A stretch of DNA of 63,164 nucleotides, filler included, from Octopus bimaculoides (taxonomy: Eukaryota): the NCBI RefSeq assembly GCF_001194135.2. It is 3 parts of 3 records of this genome, joined end to end, with 100 filler letters (N's around TTAATTAATTAA, not from the genome) between each part and the next. Parts side by side here need not be neighbours in the genome. Positions count along the whole stretch, not along the records: positions 1 to 27,946 come from NC_068999.1; positions 28,047 to 37,979 come from NC_069006.1; positions 38,080 to 63,164 come from NC_069007.1. The stretch is one strand, 5' to 3'. The notes beneath the pieces are model-generated. The model saw nothing but the letters and a program-made list of their open reading frames with translations. It did not search any database and had not been told where the DNA came from. This document shows positions 27,921 to 41,600 of this stretch, one piece after another; the stretch's first letter is position 1; each line of letters opens with the position of its first letter. The position numbers and the translations under genes were made by a program.

Positions 27921-29598
27921 CAACAACAACAACAACAATAATAATANNNNNNNNNNNNNNNNNNNNNNNNNNNNNNNNNNNNNNNNNNNNTTAATTAATT
28001 AANNNNNNNNNNNNNNNNNNNNNNNNNNNNNNNNNNNNNNNNNNNNTATATATATATATATATATATATGACATTATATATATATATATATTGTATATAT
28101 GTTTTCTTGAATTCATATTTTGTTTTTTAATTTTAACATTTATCGTCATTTTCTAAATAATGTTGTGCATTACATATATTTGCATGTGACAAAGTGGTCG
28201 CATGGCACTTAGCAATTCAGAGAAATAGTTGAATGTTTTGGCCTGTTACTGGTCACATTAACTGCGCAAAAACCCCACTTTTTTTTTTTTGTGACTCATG
28301 TGCTTTATACACACACACACACACACACACATACATACATACATACATACATACAAACATACATACACACATGCTGTATTACTTACATATATAAACAAAT
28401 ATACACATACCCCATACATTACATACAGATATACATACATGCTTCTTATGTAAATTTAATTTTCTTGTTTATTAGCTATTTGGGCCTTCCTGCTTCCATA
28501 AACTTCAAACTAGTTTAGGGGGGCCTTGAAGTTTTCCCAAAGCAATCATTTGCTATTATCATTATTATTATTATTATTATTATTATTAGTTATATAGAGG
28601 CAGTGAGGTGGTTCAGTCAGAAGGTATCAAGCTAGTTGGTGACCTGTTTTGTATTCTTTTTCAAGTTCAAGCTTCTCCAGGAAAGAGTTCTAATTTTGCC
28701 TTTCATCTTTCTGAGGTTGATAAAATCACCAACATGCTGATACTGCTATCAATTGAATTTTATTGACTCGTGCGCCTACCTCCCTGCCTTATATGAGTGT
28801 CTTTGTCTCCTGGTCAAATGGACTATATCATTATTATTATTATTATTATTATCCACATCTTAATTATTATCGTCGTCGTTATTGTTAATAAGATTCCCAG
28901 ATGTCAAATCGATAAATTAGTTCCTTTGAAGAATGAATGGAAATCATAATGGTTCATTATCATGGTTCTTATGTTTCATGACCATTTTATTGTTTTTTTT
29001 TTATATCATTAAATTCATAGCAAATAATTAGTAAAAAAAAAAAAAAAAAGTGATATAAATTGATAGTAATTAAAATTTCACATTGCACATTTGGTATGAA
29101 TGATTGCTACAACATCACCATTTCTTTCCCACTAATTTTTTTTTTCCTTTTGTTAAAATTACAAACTAGTTTTTGTTTATAATTTACAAATTCTCTTTAT
29201 TGTCATTATAAAATCATACCTGTTGTCATCTTCATGATTAACTATAATGCTATAACCATCATCATCATCATCGTCGTCATCATCAGAGCTTGCTGCTTTG
29301 TTAATTTACTTTGCTGTTTTTAATCCAACTTCTTCCTCTACACATACCTAACCTTACCCCCTTCACCAAGGAATCACACACCCCATTTTTTGTTCCCCTT
29401 TAAATGATCCTTCCTGAACAGATATTGTTGATTCAATTTTTTTTTTCTGTCCCTTTTTTTTTCCAAATTCTATATTTATCTTTTGTAGTACATTCAAGAA
29501 TGGCAAAACGCAGGCCTTTATCTCCTTAGAGATATGCATATATATCCAACATGCACATTTCTACGAACACATGCATGTATATACATGGGTGTATATGT

Positions 29599-29659
<61 letters not shown>

Positions 29660-29864
29660 TGAATAGATAGACAGGTACATACTGATAGATGTTCATGTTT
29701 CTATGTGTACATTTTCCATGGTCTATTTCTGAAGTCCCTCATCCCTTCTTAAAATAAAGACTTCATCTACAATGACTAGAAACCACTCAAACCTTTGGCC
29801 TTTTATTAAAGTCAACAACCATAATGATTCCTATTAAAGCTATTCAAAACGCAATGAGTTGGCC

Positions 29865-30481
29865 AAATTGTTAGCATGCTGGACAGAATTCTTTACAGCA
29901 TTTTACCTGTCTTCACATTCTGAGTTCAAATTTCACTGAACTTGACTTACTCTTTCAACCATTTGAAGGTGATAAAATTAGTACCACTCGAGTACTGGAG
30001 TTGATATAGAATCAACTGGACGCCTACCACAAAATTTTAGGCCTGGAGCCTATAATAGAAAGGTTAATAATTATTATTATTATTTTTATTGTTATTACTA
30101 AAAAGGTGGTGAGTGGCTGAACCATTAGCGAGTCAGGCAAAATGCTTTGAGACCTTTCTTCCAGCTCTTTTTGTTCTGTGGTCAATTTTGCCTCCTCCAC
30201 CCCACCCCAGCTTCATAGGGTCAATCAAAGTACCACTCAAGTACTGGGGTTAATGTAATCAACTAGCATCCACTCACATAGACTGATGGGCATGTGCTAA
30301 AACTTGAAACTATTATTATTTTTATTATTGTCATCATTAATTTGTCATCTTGTAAAATGTTTTAGATAACATTTCATTCAAGTTTCGTCTGATGTGTGTA
30401 TTTTTTTTTAACCATAAAAGAAAAAAAAAAACATACCGAATTCTGTAACATGAATCTACTGAAGCATTACTATCTAGTGAG

Positions 30482-30517
<36 letters not shown>

Positions 30518-31310
30518 GGAGCACATGAGCGAATTCAGATGCCCTCAACCATTCCTTAAACAAAGCAAAATGTATATGGATTGTGTTCTAACAAATATTG
30601 ATAAATCTGAAATTCTTCCTTAAATATTGGTTAAACAAAATCTTCAGAAGACATATGCATGTATTATTATATTTAATCTTAGTTTCTCACTTTTTTTTAA
30701 AGCATGTATGTTAAAGTTGTATGGATTATCTAAAGACTAATTATCAACAAGTAGATTATTATTAAGCTGGCTGAATTGTTAACCTGTCAGACAAAAAGGC
30801 TTAGCAGCGTTTCTTCTAACTCACGATGTTCTGAGTTCAAATGCTGTCAAGGTCAACTATTTAAAGGCAGCAAGCAGGCAGAATTGTTAGCATGCCAAGC
30901 AAAATGCTTAGAATGTAAAGATGGATGAAATGCTGCTGAGTTCAAATCCCACCATGGTCGACTTTACCTTTCACCCCATTTCAGCAATGGGGGTCAATGT
31001 AAATTCACTTGCCCTCACTCCCTAACTTGCTGGCATAGTGCTGAAATTTAGAACCATTATTATTATTATTAGGCAAGAGGATTGGCAGAGTTGTTAAAGT
31101 GTCAGACAATTTTCCCACCTTGTTGTGTTTCATCAGGTTCTTTACGTACTGAGTTCAGATCCTGCCAAAATCAGCTTTGTCTTTCATCTTTTTTTTGGAG
31201 TCAATAAAATAAAGTACCAGTAAAATACTGGGGTTGATTAAATATAATAGATTAGATCCAAACCTTCCCTCAAATTTCAGGCCTCGTGTCTATATAAGAA
31301 ATAATTATTA
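29865..31310 (+). mobile_element. Head-to-tail array of about 4-5 decayed family A SINEs
   Basis: Repeated heads near 29865, 30110, 30770/30885 and 31075, several preceded by (ATT)n tails. Confidence 0.75.
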
Positions 31311-31898
31311 TTAATATTATTATTATCAGCATCAATAATCCTCATCAATTATGGACAGGTGGACACATCGAAAAATGTCAAATTTATAAGTTTTTTTCAT
31401 TTTTTTTTTTGTCTTTTGAGGTTATAAATTTATGAATTTTGACCAATCATTTTCACGAAAAGAATGTCTCCCCACACTCCTAACACTTCAAATTTTCTCT
31501 CCCCTTTTGTCAATATATTCTTCTCCACCCACCCACCCTCTCTCTCGCTCTCTCAGTATATCTGTTTGCATTATAATCACAATATCATTAACTTACTCAA
31601 ATGTCTTTTTAGTCACTTTCTCTTACATACTCATTGTCCGTCATTCATTTATATATTCTTTCATCTATCTTATATTTTGTAATAAGGAATATACATACAT
31701 ACATAGATATATATATCCGTTGAACTTTCACAGTTTCATTTCACCAAATTTTAATCCTAAGATTTTAGTCAGTCAGGCTGAAAGCTCTCTTGGCAAGCAA
31801 TACTTGCTCAAAGCGCTGTGAAAGGGGTGCCAAACCTCAAACCACATTCCTTGTAAGGCAAACTTCTCAACCACACAGCTACCCAGCACCCCTCCCAC

Positions 31899-31940
<42 letters not shown>

Positions 31941-33812
31941 AGTAAATAGTGGGGTTGTGTTAACCGCACGTGGAGAAATAATAGGAAAATGAAAAATAAT
32001 AATAAGGCAGAATGCTAAACTGGAAGCATATTTTAATAAAGATTTCCTAACCGGCTTTTGTTGCATAGCAAATTTTCAAGAAGTGGGAGAATGAAAATGT
32101 GTTTTTACAAAGAAGTACAAAATGAAGAAAATAATATATAAAAAAATAAATATACCAATACCTTATATTGCCTTTGAGCTTTTAAAGTTCAATGGTAATC
32201 CATGTAGATAATGGTTGGGAAAATAAGGATGCATGAGAATTGAGAGTTGTATTAGGTTTAAAAAAAGGAGCTAAAAGTTTGTGTTAAGCAGGAAGTGTGG
32301 TGTCAAAACAGGAAGTGTGTGTAAAGGGAGACAAATCTTTTTAGTTGGAGTTATGAACTCTTTTTCAACAGGAAGTTTATGTCTGTTCCTAGAGAAATAA
32401 GGTCACTGAGGGGTATGTGTGTTAAGAAATGGTTGGAATTTCTCTATGAAAAGATTCTCCTTGTTGATTCTTTCTTGTGTGGAGATTCTGTCTTTACATT
32501 GATAGAAAGGGAATATAAGGATGTGTGTGTGTGTAATATACAATTGGTGAATCCTCTGTATATTTCAATTTAAGAAAATATTAACATTAAAAATTTCTGT
32601 ATTCTTCTTACCCTTTCTCTATCAGGATGAATTATCTGTTTGTATTGTACAAGAGCACAAAAAAAAAAATAATAAATTACCTCCCTCCTCTCTGCTACCA
32701 TCTTTCTTCACTACATTTTCCCCTCCTTACTTTTCTACCACCATCATCATCATCATCATCATACTTTCATATAATCCTTCTGATGTTTAATTACCACACA
32801 ATCTGTATGCATTATGCATAAAATGAAACATCACACATACACTATGGTTTAAACGAGAAGATATATATATATATATATTCAATTCCTACTGGTTACCTAA
32901 TTTTGATTATGTATATATATATATAAAACACTGTGGAAGTCATTTTATCCATTTAAGAATATCAAAAATTTGTTATATTAACCTTTTAGATATTTCTTAA
33001 TAGTAGTTCCTATTACGAATATCTAAAAATTTCGTCACACTTCTGCGTCCTGGTAACTGACATTATTCCATTGCATCTGTTAAAAGTTAGTTACTGGCGA
33101 GTTTTTACAAGCCTCAGGTGTTTTCTTTTCTTTTCTGTTCTTTTTACTTTATTGAGATTTGTTTTTTTTTGTTTTGTTTTTTCTGGTTTGCTTCTTTTCT
33201 TGGTTATATTTAAGCATGTCAGTGTAATAGTCTAAGTATTTTCCTCTGTTTTATTTCGCTGTCCTTTTTGTATGGGATGCAAACACTTCTTTCGTTGTTG
33301 AATCTGTTGAATTTTTGTTGGTCTTTTGTGCTTAGTCTATTTATATTGCATATGTTTGGCTCTAAAATATTGCACATGATGAATACTGACATATATATAC
33401 ACGACACCTACAGATACTCATCCGTAAAGACCAAAACTCTATACAGTTGCCTGATCTATTGGAAATTTTCCTCAAATCTCAAGAGGAGACATGATATATC
33501 CAGGATGATAAAAGACTTGGAGATATTATGGCTTAAACAAAGACAGGCTTGTTATGGTTGGAGCACGCTTAATCATTCAGAGCTAACTTGGAGTTAAACA
33601 CGAGCATGCTTATATATATATATACACACATACAATATATATATATATATATACATATATAAATACATATATAAACTTGCAGTTATATATTCAAAGCAAA
33701 TCTTGAATCACTTGCAGTCCACCTGGTGCTTGAACAGCAGCCTGGTATAATGATGATGATAAGGAGCTGAACTGCTTTGAGTGATTTTGGAACTATTGGT
33801 AACATGGACTGG

Positions 33813-34015
33813 TTTCTATAATTGAAACTGTGTCTACATATATATATGGGAGAATATACAAATAATAACAACAGACGAGGACACACACACACACACTTTC
33901 TATAATTGAAACTGTGTGTACAATATACATACACATACTCACACTTTCTATAATTGAAACTGTGTGTACATATATACACACATACACACACACTTTCTAT
34001 AATTGAAACTGTGTG
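33813..34015. repeat. Minisatellite: 4 copies of TTTCTATAATTGAAACTGTGT with CA/TA-rich linkers
   Basis: Copies start at 33813, 33897, 33945 and 33994. Confidence 0.9.
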
Positions 34016-34711
34016 TTACATATATAAGCACACACATGCACATATATATACAAGTTAACCTATGCTCATTTTTAAGTTTTATCATTAACGCACCTGCTGC
34101 AACAAATAGTACTGTTGTTATTTTTGTTTTGTTTTTGTATTTTTGCACTGTCAGCATTATCATTATTAGTGTAACTACACCGTGAAATATCGCATTTTCA
34201 TTCCTTTCTTTATTGAATTGTATCATGGTTTTGTTGTAATTGCTCTGTTTGAATTTTTGGTTTAGTTTATATATTTGTATATATTGTTTTTATTTTGTTG
34301 GTTAATTGATTGATTGCACTTTGTTGTTGTTGTTGTTAGTGGTGGTCTGGTTGCTGTTGCTAATTAATTTCAGAAATCTTTATTTAAAAGTTTTATTTAT
34401 TATTTTTTTTTTTGTCTGTGCTTGTTTCAGTTTTATGTGTATGTATGTGTATTGTTTTAAAAATCTTGTTAATAGAATAATTAATTCAAATTAATATAAT
34501 GAGTGACATGCATTGCTGTATATGTTTCAGTTCTGTATATGTCGATCCTAAATTCTGCTTTTTATCACTGGGTAACATATGAATCCAATAGGGCCCAGGC
34601 CAAAAGGATGGTTATCAGTTGGGGAAGTCCCTAAGCAAATGCACAGATATTTCAACTGATTGTTTTCTACACCAGATATAACAGTGGACTGGTAAGACTA
34701 CAAAAGGGGTT

Positions 34712-34940
34712 TTAACCCTTTAGTGTTTAAACCAGCCATATCAGCCCCAATATATTCTACATGTTTTATATTCAAACTGGCGATATCTAGCCCCTCACAC
34801 CTAACCTACACTGACATTCTAAAAATAAACAATCACATCATTGAAACCTCAAAGCTGTAAGATAATTCATGATTAATTCAAAACAGTTTGAGTGAAAAAG
34901 TATTACATTTAACAGATTAATCTGAACAGTAAGGAGTTAA
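34712..34940. mobile_element. piggyBac-type MITE
   Basis: TTAA|CCCTTTAG...CAGTAAGGAG|TTAA ends. A related internal fragment at about 40722-40832 is followed by a SINE. Confidence 0.7.
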
Positions 34941-35260
34941 AGTATTCTGCTAAAAGGGAGGAGGATTTCATTTCAAAACTGCTATTTAAGCCTGTTTCTC
35001 TTTTAACAAAAACTCGACATAGGGCCTATCTACAAACAAATACATAGACACCTCGCAACAAGAGAGATTCTACTTGATTTTTTCAGCTGCTCAGAGATAG
35101 CAGGCAACTCTCCCTCAAAATAGACTCAACCATCTTAAATGGTGAGAAGCTGTTAGATGATGTAGTCCTAGATAACCTCTACTGAAATGTAGGAATGGTC
35201 ATGGCTAGAACGTCTTGTGTCTATAGATCTATCACTTGAATAGAGTTCGACCGTCATCAC

Positions 35261-35421
35261 CAGTGTCATTTTAAGGTGTGGGCACTTGTCCATGTGCCTC
35301 ATGTGACGAGGAGCCCTATACTGATTTGTGTAAACTGTGGATTGCTATCAATAACAAAATACTATAGGGTCTCGTGCATTGATTTTCCCCGGAGGCCTAT
35401 AATGCTGTTAAAACGGCCCTG
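35261..35421. mobile_element. Putative 161-bp MITE
   Basis: Imperfect 14-bp TIRs (CAGTGTCATTTTAA versus CAGGGCCGTTTTAA) flanked by direct repeat ATCAC on both sides. Confidence 0.4.
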
Positions 35422-35438
35422 ATCACAGGATAATTATA

Positions 35439-35489
<51 letters not shown>

Positions 35490-35993
35490 TGATAATAAAA
35501 AATGCAATTCTTGTTACATACAGCAACCTAGGGTTTCCCTGTCGAAACCATGGGTAGCCGTATTTAACAAGAATTGTAGTTTTTCTTACAACATGATCAG
35601 CTAAACGAGTAAAAATAAAGTGCTGTTCTACTTATTGAAGGCTTAACACACACACATGTATATATTTATATATGTATGATGTGACAGCAGTGTGTGCAAA
35701 TGTATGTATATAGTGCTTGTATATTATATGTTTGTTTTCATTTTTATTTTTGTGTTTAAATCTTTATAACAAATAATATATTGAGTTGCTTTCTTTTATT
35801 GTTGAAGTGATATGTATGTTTTATTTTATCTGTTTTATTAACATTTTTGATTTTGTTATTTGTAATCCATATCTTATGGACAGAATAATCATTCCAACAC
35901 ACACACATTTAAACATACATATGCACATATATATTTGTGTGTATATGAAGTTATATGCACACACTCGCATACACATGCAAATTGAATTTCATT

Positions 35994-36037
<44 letters not shown>

Positions 36038-36250
36038 TATATAATGACATTAACAGTTGTTTTCTTTTTTGTATTGTTACTTTATTTTTCTTTCCTTTTT
36101 ATTCCCCCTTAAAACTTTGGTTTTCTTGTTTCAATTCATAAAATAATATTCCACTCTGTTTTGTATATGTATATATATACATATATATATATATATAAAT
36201 ACTTAAATAGCATTGCATATATATATGTGTGTGTAAACACCTAAACATGA

Positions 36251-36283
<33 letters not shown>

Positions 36284-36441
36284 AACATACACTTCAACAT
36301 TCATAGATAAACAGGCATATATATTAATACATACATACATACATACATATATATATTTATATATAAATGCTCATGCATACTCTCTATGTGAAATATTTTC
36401 AGATTAGATTCACTTTTAAGGAATCATTTCTAGTTTCTTAT

Positions 36442-36483
<42 letters not shown>

Positions 36484-36904
36484 ATCCTGCTTAACTATTA
36501 TAAATGATAACTATAACAGCATTAATAACAACATTAATAATAATGACAATAATAGTAAAAAAAATCGCTGTCGTTTGGTACAAAAGCTGTTTGGAGTTGT
36601 TAATATTACAGTTAGACAAGTTAACTTGCGGTAACTAGTGACTGTTGCTTCTTGCATCAGTAAATGGTAGCGCAGAATCAGGTTCTGAAGGAAGCTCGTG
36701 GCTTAAAAGAATTGTTGAGGGAATCAGACAAAATATGCTTTGCATTATTTCTTCTGGCTATGTATGTTCTGATTTCATATCTAACCAAGGTAAACCTTTG
36801 CCTTTCATCCATGTAGGGTTAGTTTCATTGACTAGTGCCTCTGCTCAAATGCCTAGCCTTGATGTCAATCTTAGAAATTATTATTATTATTAGTAGTAGT
36901 AATA

Positions 36905-37124
36905 AGGTGGTAAGCTGGCAAAATTGCTTGCATGCCAGACAAAATGCTTTGTAGCATTTCCTCTGGTATTCTAAGTTCAAATTCAACCAGAATCAACTTT
37001 GCTTTTCATTCTTACAAGGGTCGATAAAATAAGCACCAACCAACTACTTGGGGGTCAATGTAATTGACTTACCTCCCCCCCCCACCGCAAAAGTGCTGGC
37101 CTTGTGCCAAAAAAATCTGAAAGA

Positions 37125-37156
<32 letters not shown>

Positions 37157-37373
37157 GACAGTGAGTTGGCAGAATCATTAGCATGCCAGACAAAATGCTC
37201 AATCACATATTGTTCATGTTCACATTCTGTGTTCAAATTCTGCCGAGGTTGACTTTACCTTTCATCCTTTCAGGGTCAATAAATTAAGTACCAGTAAAAC
37301 ACTGGGAGTCGATATGATCAATTGGCCTACTTCATTCACCAAAATTTCTGGCTTTGTGCCTATTGTAGAAAGG

Positions 37374-37407
<34 letters not shown>

Positions 37408-37520
37408 CAAACATGTTGCATTGGTAGGATCAGTAGAGTATTAGGTGTAAAACCTCATCACAGAGTTTTGTTTAGATGTCTTTATGTTGTGAGTTCAAAT
37501 TCCACACAGGTCACCTCTCT
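36905..37520 (+). mobile_element. Head-to-tail array of decayed family A SINEs
   Basis: Heads near 36905, 37160 and 37410, each following an (ATT)n tail; a further decayed copy lies at about 36730. Confidence 0.8.
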
Positions 37521-38104
37521 GGTCAGTGGGGGACGTTATACAATTGAACGAAGTTGCCCATACTGAAACCGGAGCTTAGCATTAACTGTGTTGTTACACC
37601 ACAAACCCCACCCTGTTCCACAAAACATTTGAGATCTTGTGTGGCCATATTAATTTCTGTCATCATATCATCATCATCATCATCACCATCTTAGAGAGGG
37701 TAGAACCAAAATTGGTCGAGTGCCTTTATAGTATCTTACAAGTCATTCTGTTCTTTTGTTTATTTTACATTCACATTTTCAAATCTTAATTAAGATCATT
37801 TAATGAAATTACATACATCTCCAACTCCTCTACCCTTTTCTCTCCCACCACAGAGTAGTGCTCTTGTACCCAAATTACTATTATCATCATTATTATTATT
37901 GTTTTGATTAGCAATAGTAGATGTAGCAGGATTATTTTACTAGCGAAATATATTAATATCACGCCTTTGTGAAAATATGNNNNNNNNNNNNNNNNNNNNN
38001 NNNNNNNNNNNNNNNNNNNNNNNTTAATTAATTAANNNNNNNNNNNNNNNNNNNNNNNNNNNNNNNNNNNNNNNNNNNNATATATATATATATATATATA
38101 TAGT

Positions 38105-39007
38105 CTTTACTCTTTACTCTTTTACTTGTTTCAGTCTTTTGACTGCAGCCATGCTGGAGCACCGCCTTTAGTCGAGCAAATCGACCCCAGGACTTATTCT
38201 TTGTAAGCCTAGCACTTATTCTATCGGCCTCTTTTTGCCGAACCGCTAAGTTACGGGGATGTAAACACATCAGCATCGGTTGTCAAGCGATGGTGGGGGG
38301 ACAAATACAGACACACAAACACACACATATATATATACATATATACAACGGGCTTCTTTCAGTTTCCGTCTACTACATCCACTCACGAGGTTTTGGTCTG
38401 CCCGAGGCTATACTGGAAATATATATACTTTTATTCTTATTCAGTAATTTGACTGTGGCCATACTGGAGCACCACCTTAAAGGGTTTTAGTCTAAGAAAT
38501 CAATCCCAGTACTTATTCTTTGTAAGCCTAGTTCTTATTCTATCGCCCTCTATTGCCAAATCACTAAGTTACGGGGATGTAAACAAACCAACGTCGGTTG
38601 TTAAGCAATGGTGGGGGGACATAACAGACACATAAATATGTATCATCATCATCATCATCGTTTAACGTCCGCTTTCCATGCTAGCATGGGTTGGACGATT
38701 TGACTGAGGATTGGTGAACTAGATGGCTGCACCAGGATCCAATCTGATTTGGCAGAGTTTCTACAGCTGGATGCCCTTCCTAACGCCAACCACTCCGAGA
38801 GTGTAGTGGGTGCTTTTACGTGTCACCAGCACGAAGGCCAGTCAGGCGGTACTGGCAACGGCCACGCTCAAAATGGTGTATTTTACGTGCCACCTGCACA
38901 GGCACTGGCAACGATCTTGCTGGAATGTCTTTACACGTGCCACTGGCACAAGTGCTAGGAAGGCGATATAAAATATATATATATATATATCATCATCATC
39001 ATCGTTT
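38105..39007 (-). mobile_element. Stacked SINE cluster: B, B (3' part), D, start of another D
   Basis: B at 38105-38412 and 38430-38640. D from 38642 has a (CAT)n-CGTTTAACGTCCGCTTTCCATGCTAGCATGGGTTGGACG tail, RTE-like by recall. Confidence 0.85.
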
Positions 39008-39406
39008 NNNNNNNNNNNNNNNNNNNNNNNNNNNNNNNNNNNNNNNNNNNNNNNNNNNNNNNNNNNNNNNNNNNNNNNNNNNNNNNNNNNNNNNNNNNNN
39101 NNNNNNNNNNNNNNNNNNNNNNNNNNNNNNNNNNNNNNNNNNNNNNNNNNNNNNNNNNNNNNNNNNNNNNNNNNNNNNNNNNNNNNNNNNNNNNNNNNNN
39201 NNNNNNNNNNNNNNNNNNNNNNNNNNNNNNNNNNNNNNNNNNNNNNNNNNNNNNNNNNNNNNNNNNNNNNNNNNNNNNNNNNNNNNNNNNNNNNNNNNNN
39301 NNNNNNNNNNNNNNNNNNNNNNNNNNNNNNNNNNNNNNNNNNNNNNNNNNNNNNNNNNNNNNNNNNNNNNNNNNNNNNNNNNNNNNNNNNNNNNNNNNNN
39401 NNNNNA

Positions 39407-39681
39407 CGTGTACCCTTAACGTAGTTCCCGGGGATATTCAGCGTGACACGGTGTGACAAGGCTGACCCTTTGAATTACAGGCACAACAGAAACAAGAAGT
39501 AAGAGTGAGAGAAAGTTGTGGTGAAAGAGTACAGCAGGGTTCGCCACCATCCCCTGCTGGAGCCTCATGGAACTTTAGGTGTTTTTGCTCAATAAACACT
39601 CACAACACCCGGTCTGGGAATCGAAACTGCGATCCTATGACCGCAAGTCCGCTGCCCTAACCAATGGGCCATTGCGCCTCC
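39407..39681 (-). mobile_element. tRNA-derived SINE family C1
   Basis: Reverse complement of the 40836 copy; head ...GGGCCATTGCGCCTCC. Confidence 0.85.
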
Positions 39682-39711
39682 ACAATAATAGTAATAAGAA
39701 TAATGGTTTCA

Positions 39712-39905
39712 GATTTTGGCACAAGGCCAGCAAGTTTAGGGGAGGGGTAAGTTGATTACATCAACCCCAGTACATAACTGTTATATATTTCGTTGGCCCT
39801 GAATGGATGAAAGACAAAGTCGATCTTTGTAGAATTTGAACTCAACACAATGACAGATAAAATGCGATTAAGCGTTCCGCCTGGTGTGCCATCGATTCTG
39901 CCAGC
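39712..39905 (-). mobile_element. SINE family A
   Basis: Reverse complement of the A layout, between AAT runs. Confidence 0.75.
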
Positions 39906-39928
39906 TCATCACATTTTTGTTAATAATA

Positions 39929-39974
<46 letters not shown>

Positions 39975-40835
39975 TATGATAATGCTTTCTGAGGGTCCAT
40001 TTATATCTATCTTCATTCCTTTTCCTCTGGATCAATAAAAAAGAAAAGAAAAAAGGGAAAGGAATATTTCGGCATTTCATTCGATATCTGCAATAATAAT
40101 ATATTGGGTATATTAGATAAATATATATCAGGTAAGTATTGGGTGGATGGATGAATGGATGGTTGGATAGGTGTAGAGTTTAATTTACATCACTATATAT
40201 TATCTTGTGCATGTGTGTGCGTGCATGCGTATGTGTGTGCGTGCATGCGTATGTGTGTGTGTGTCTCTCTCCTTCCTTCTCTCTGAGGAAGCTCAATACA
40301 ATCTGTTTATCTGCTTTGCCGACTTAAAATAAATCAATAGAACACAGTGTTTCATATGGCCAAATGTCACAACGACACATGTTACAAATGCTTTTTTCTC
40401 TTCCCCTTGTTTCTCTTCCTTTTCTTCTTCTTCTTCTTCTTCTTCTTCTCTGCAGATAATTATCACATGTTACGGTGTCTTGGAAGTTCGCAACGGCAAG
40501 AGGCATTATTATGTTACCTGTTTAATCCACACACCCGTGTGTATTACTGGTACTTGAACATTGGACTCTGATAACAGCTGGTGGTTCCCTGGCCCCTTTG
40601 ACTTATTGCTCCACTCATCATTATTTGAACCAGCCACGTCTGGTTCAGATATTTTTCCTGTTTTACGTTCAAGGCGGTGCTGCAGCATGGCCACAATCTA
40701 ATGACTGAAACAAATAAAAATGAACTGACCAGATCTGGTCTCTTACACCTACCTTACAATGTCATTGTAAAATATATACAATCACATCATCAAAATCTTG
40801 AAGCTATAAAATAATGCAGGATTAATTCAAAATGT

Positions 40836-41090
40836 GGAGGCGCAATGGTCCAGTGGTTAGGGCAGCGGACTCGCGGTCGTAGGATTGCAGTTTCGATTCC
40901 CAGACCGGGCATTGTGAGTGTTTATTGAGCGAAAGCACCTAAAGCCCCCACGAGGCTCCGGCAGGGGATGGTGGCGAACCCTGCTGTACTCTTTCACCAC
41001 AACTTTCTCTCACTCTTTCTTCCTGTTTCTGTTGTACCTGTAATTCAAAGGGTCAGCCTTGTCACTCTGCATCATGCTGAATCTCCCCGA
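40836..41090 (+). mobile_element. tRNA-derived SINE family C1 (3'-truncated)
   Basis: A-box-like TGGTCCAGTGG and B-box-like GTTTCGATTCC followed by a non-tRNA body that is repeated elsewhere in the window. Confidence 0.85.
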
Positions 41091-41169
41091 GTTTCTGCCA
41101 GCTCACCACCACACTGCCTTCTGCCAGCTCGCTGCACACTGCCTTCTGTGCATGCATGCTTATAGTTGG

Positions 41170-41600
41170 TACTGTTGTGGTCACATGATCGAAGTTTGAG
41201 CCTGATCGCACCAATTTTCTTTCTGGCTTTACAGTATAACCACTGCCGCTTCTCTAGCAATGTGCACCAAAGAAGAACAAAGAACAGTGATCCGATTTCT
41301 CTGGTTGAAAGGTATGTCAAGTGCTGAAATACAACGGAGGCCTTTAGTACAATATGGGGACAGTGCACTACCACGTAGAAGTGGGTATGAGTGGATCGAG
41401 AAGTTGGCCAGACAAGCGTGACACCCAGAGGGAGCAGGATGCATGTCAACCTCCATCACTGATGAGAAGATTCAGCAAGCTCAAGAGATGGTAATGGTGA
41501 ACCGATTCACCATTACCATTTCTTGGATTGCTGCTCTTTGATTTTCTTTGGTGCACATTGCTAGTGGAGCAGCCATGCTTGCACTGTAAATATCTCTGCA
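41170..41600 (+). mobile_element. Mariner transposase 5' remnant with fold-back inverted duplication
   Basis: From 41260: MCTKEEQRTVIRFLWLKGMSSAEIQRR..QYGDSALPRRSGYEWIEK (mariner HTH). Hairpin at 41482-41525, then an inverted copy of the start region at about 41524-41590. Confidence 0.8.

Noticed and set aside
27947-28046. TTAATTAATTAA centred in an N run, repeated identically at 37980-38079
   Set aside because: Both are exactly 44 N + 12 nt + 44 N = 100 bp and the 12-mer has stops in all six frames. This is an artificial unsized-gap linker, not biology.
32379-32573. 64-aa ORF with weak F-box-like hydrophobic pattern (LEFLYEKILLVDSFL)
   Set aside because: No PxE motif or conserved Cys, and no suitable phase-2 donor identified.
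33813-34015. CRISPR-like repeat/spacer appearance
   Set aside because: Eukaryotic context, spacers are related CA/TA microsatellite of unequal length, and there are no cas genes.
40020-40131. Open frame ending ...DICNNNILGILDKYIS at a strong CAG|GTAAGT donor as a possible F-box exon
   Set aside because: The C-x7-LDK spacing is suggestive, but the upstream part is Lys-rich with no F-box LPxEIL core, and phase 1 does not match the phase 2 needed at 44401.
40836-40910. tRNA-like sequences here and at other SINE heads
   Set aside because: They continue into repeated non-tRNA bodies and I could not see a complete cloverleaf, so they are SINE heads, not tRNA genes.
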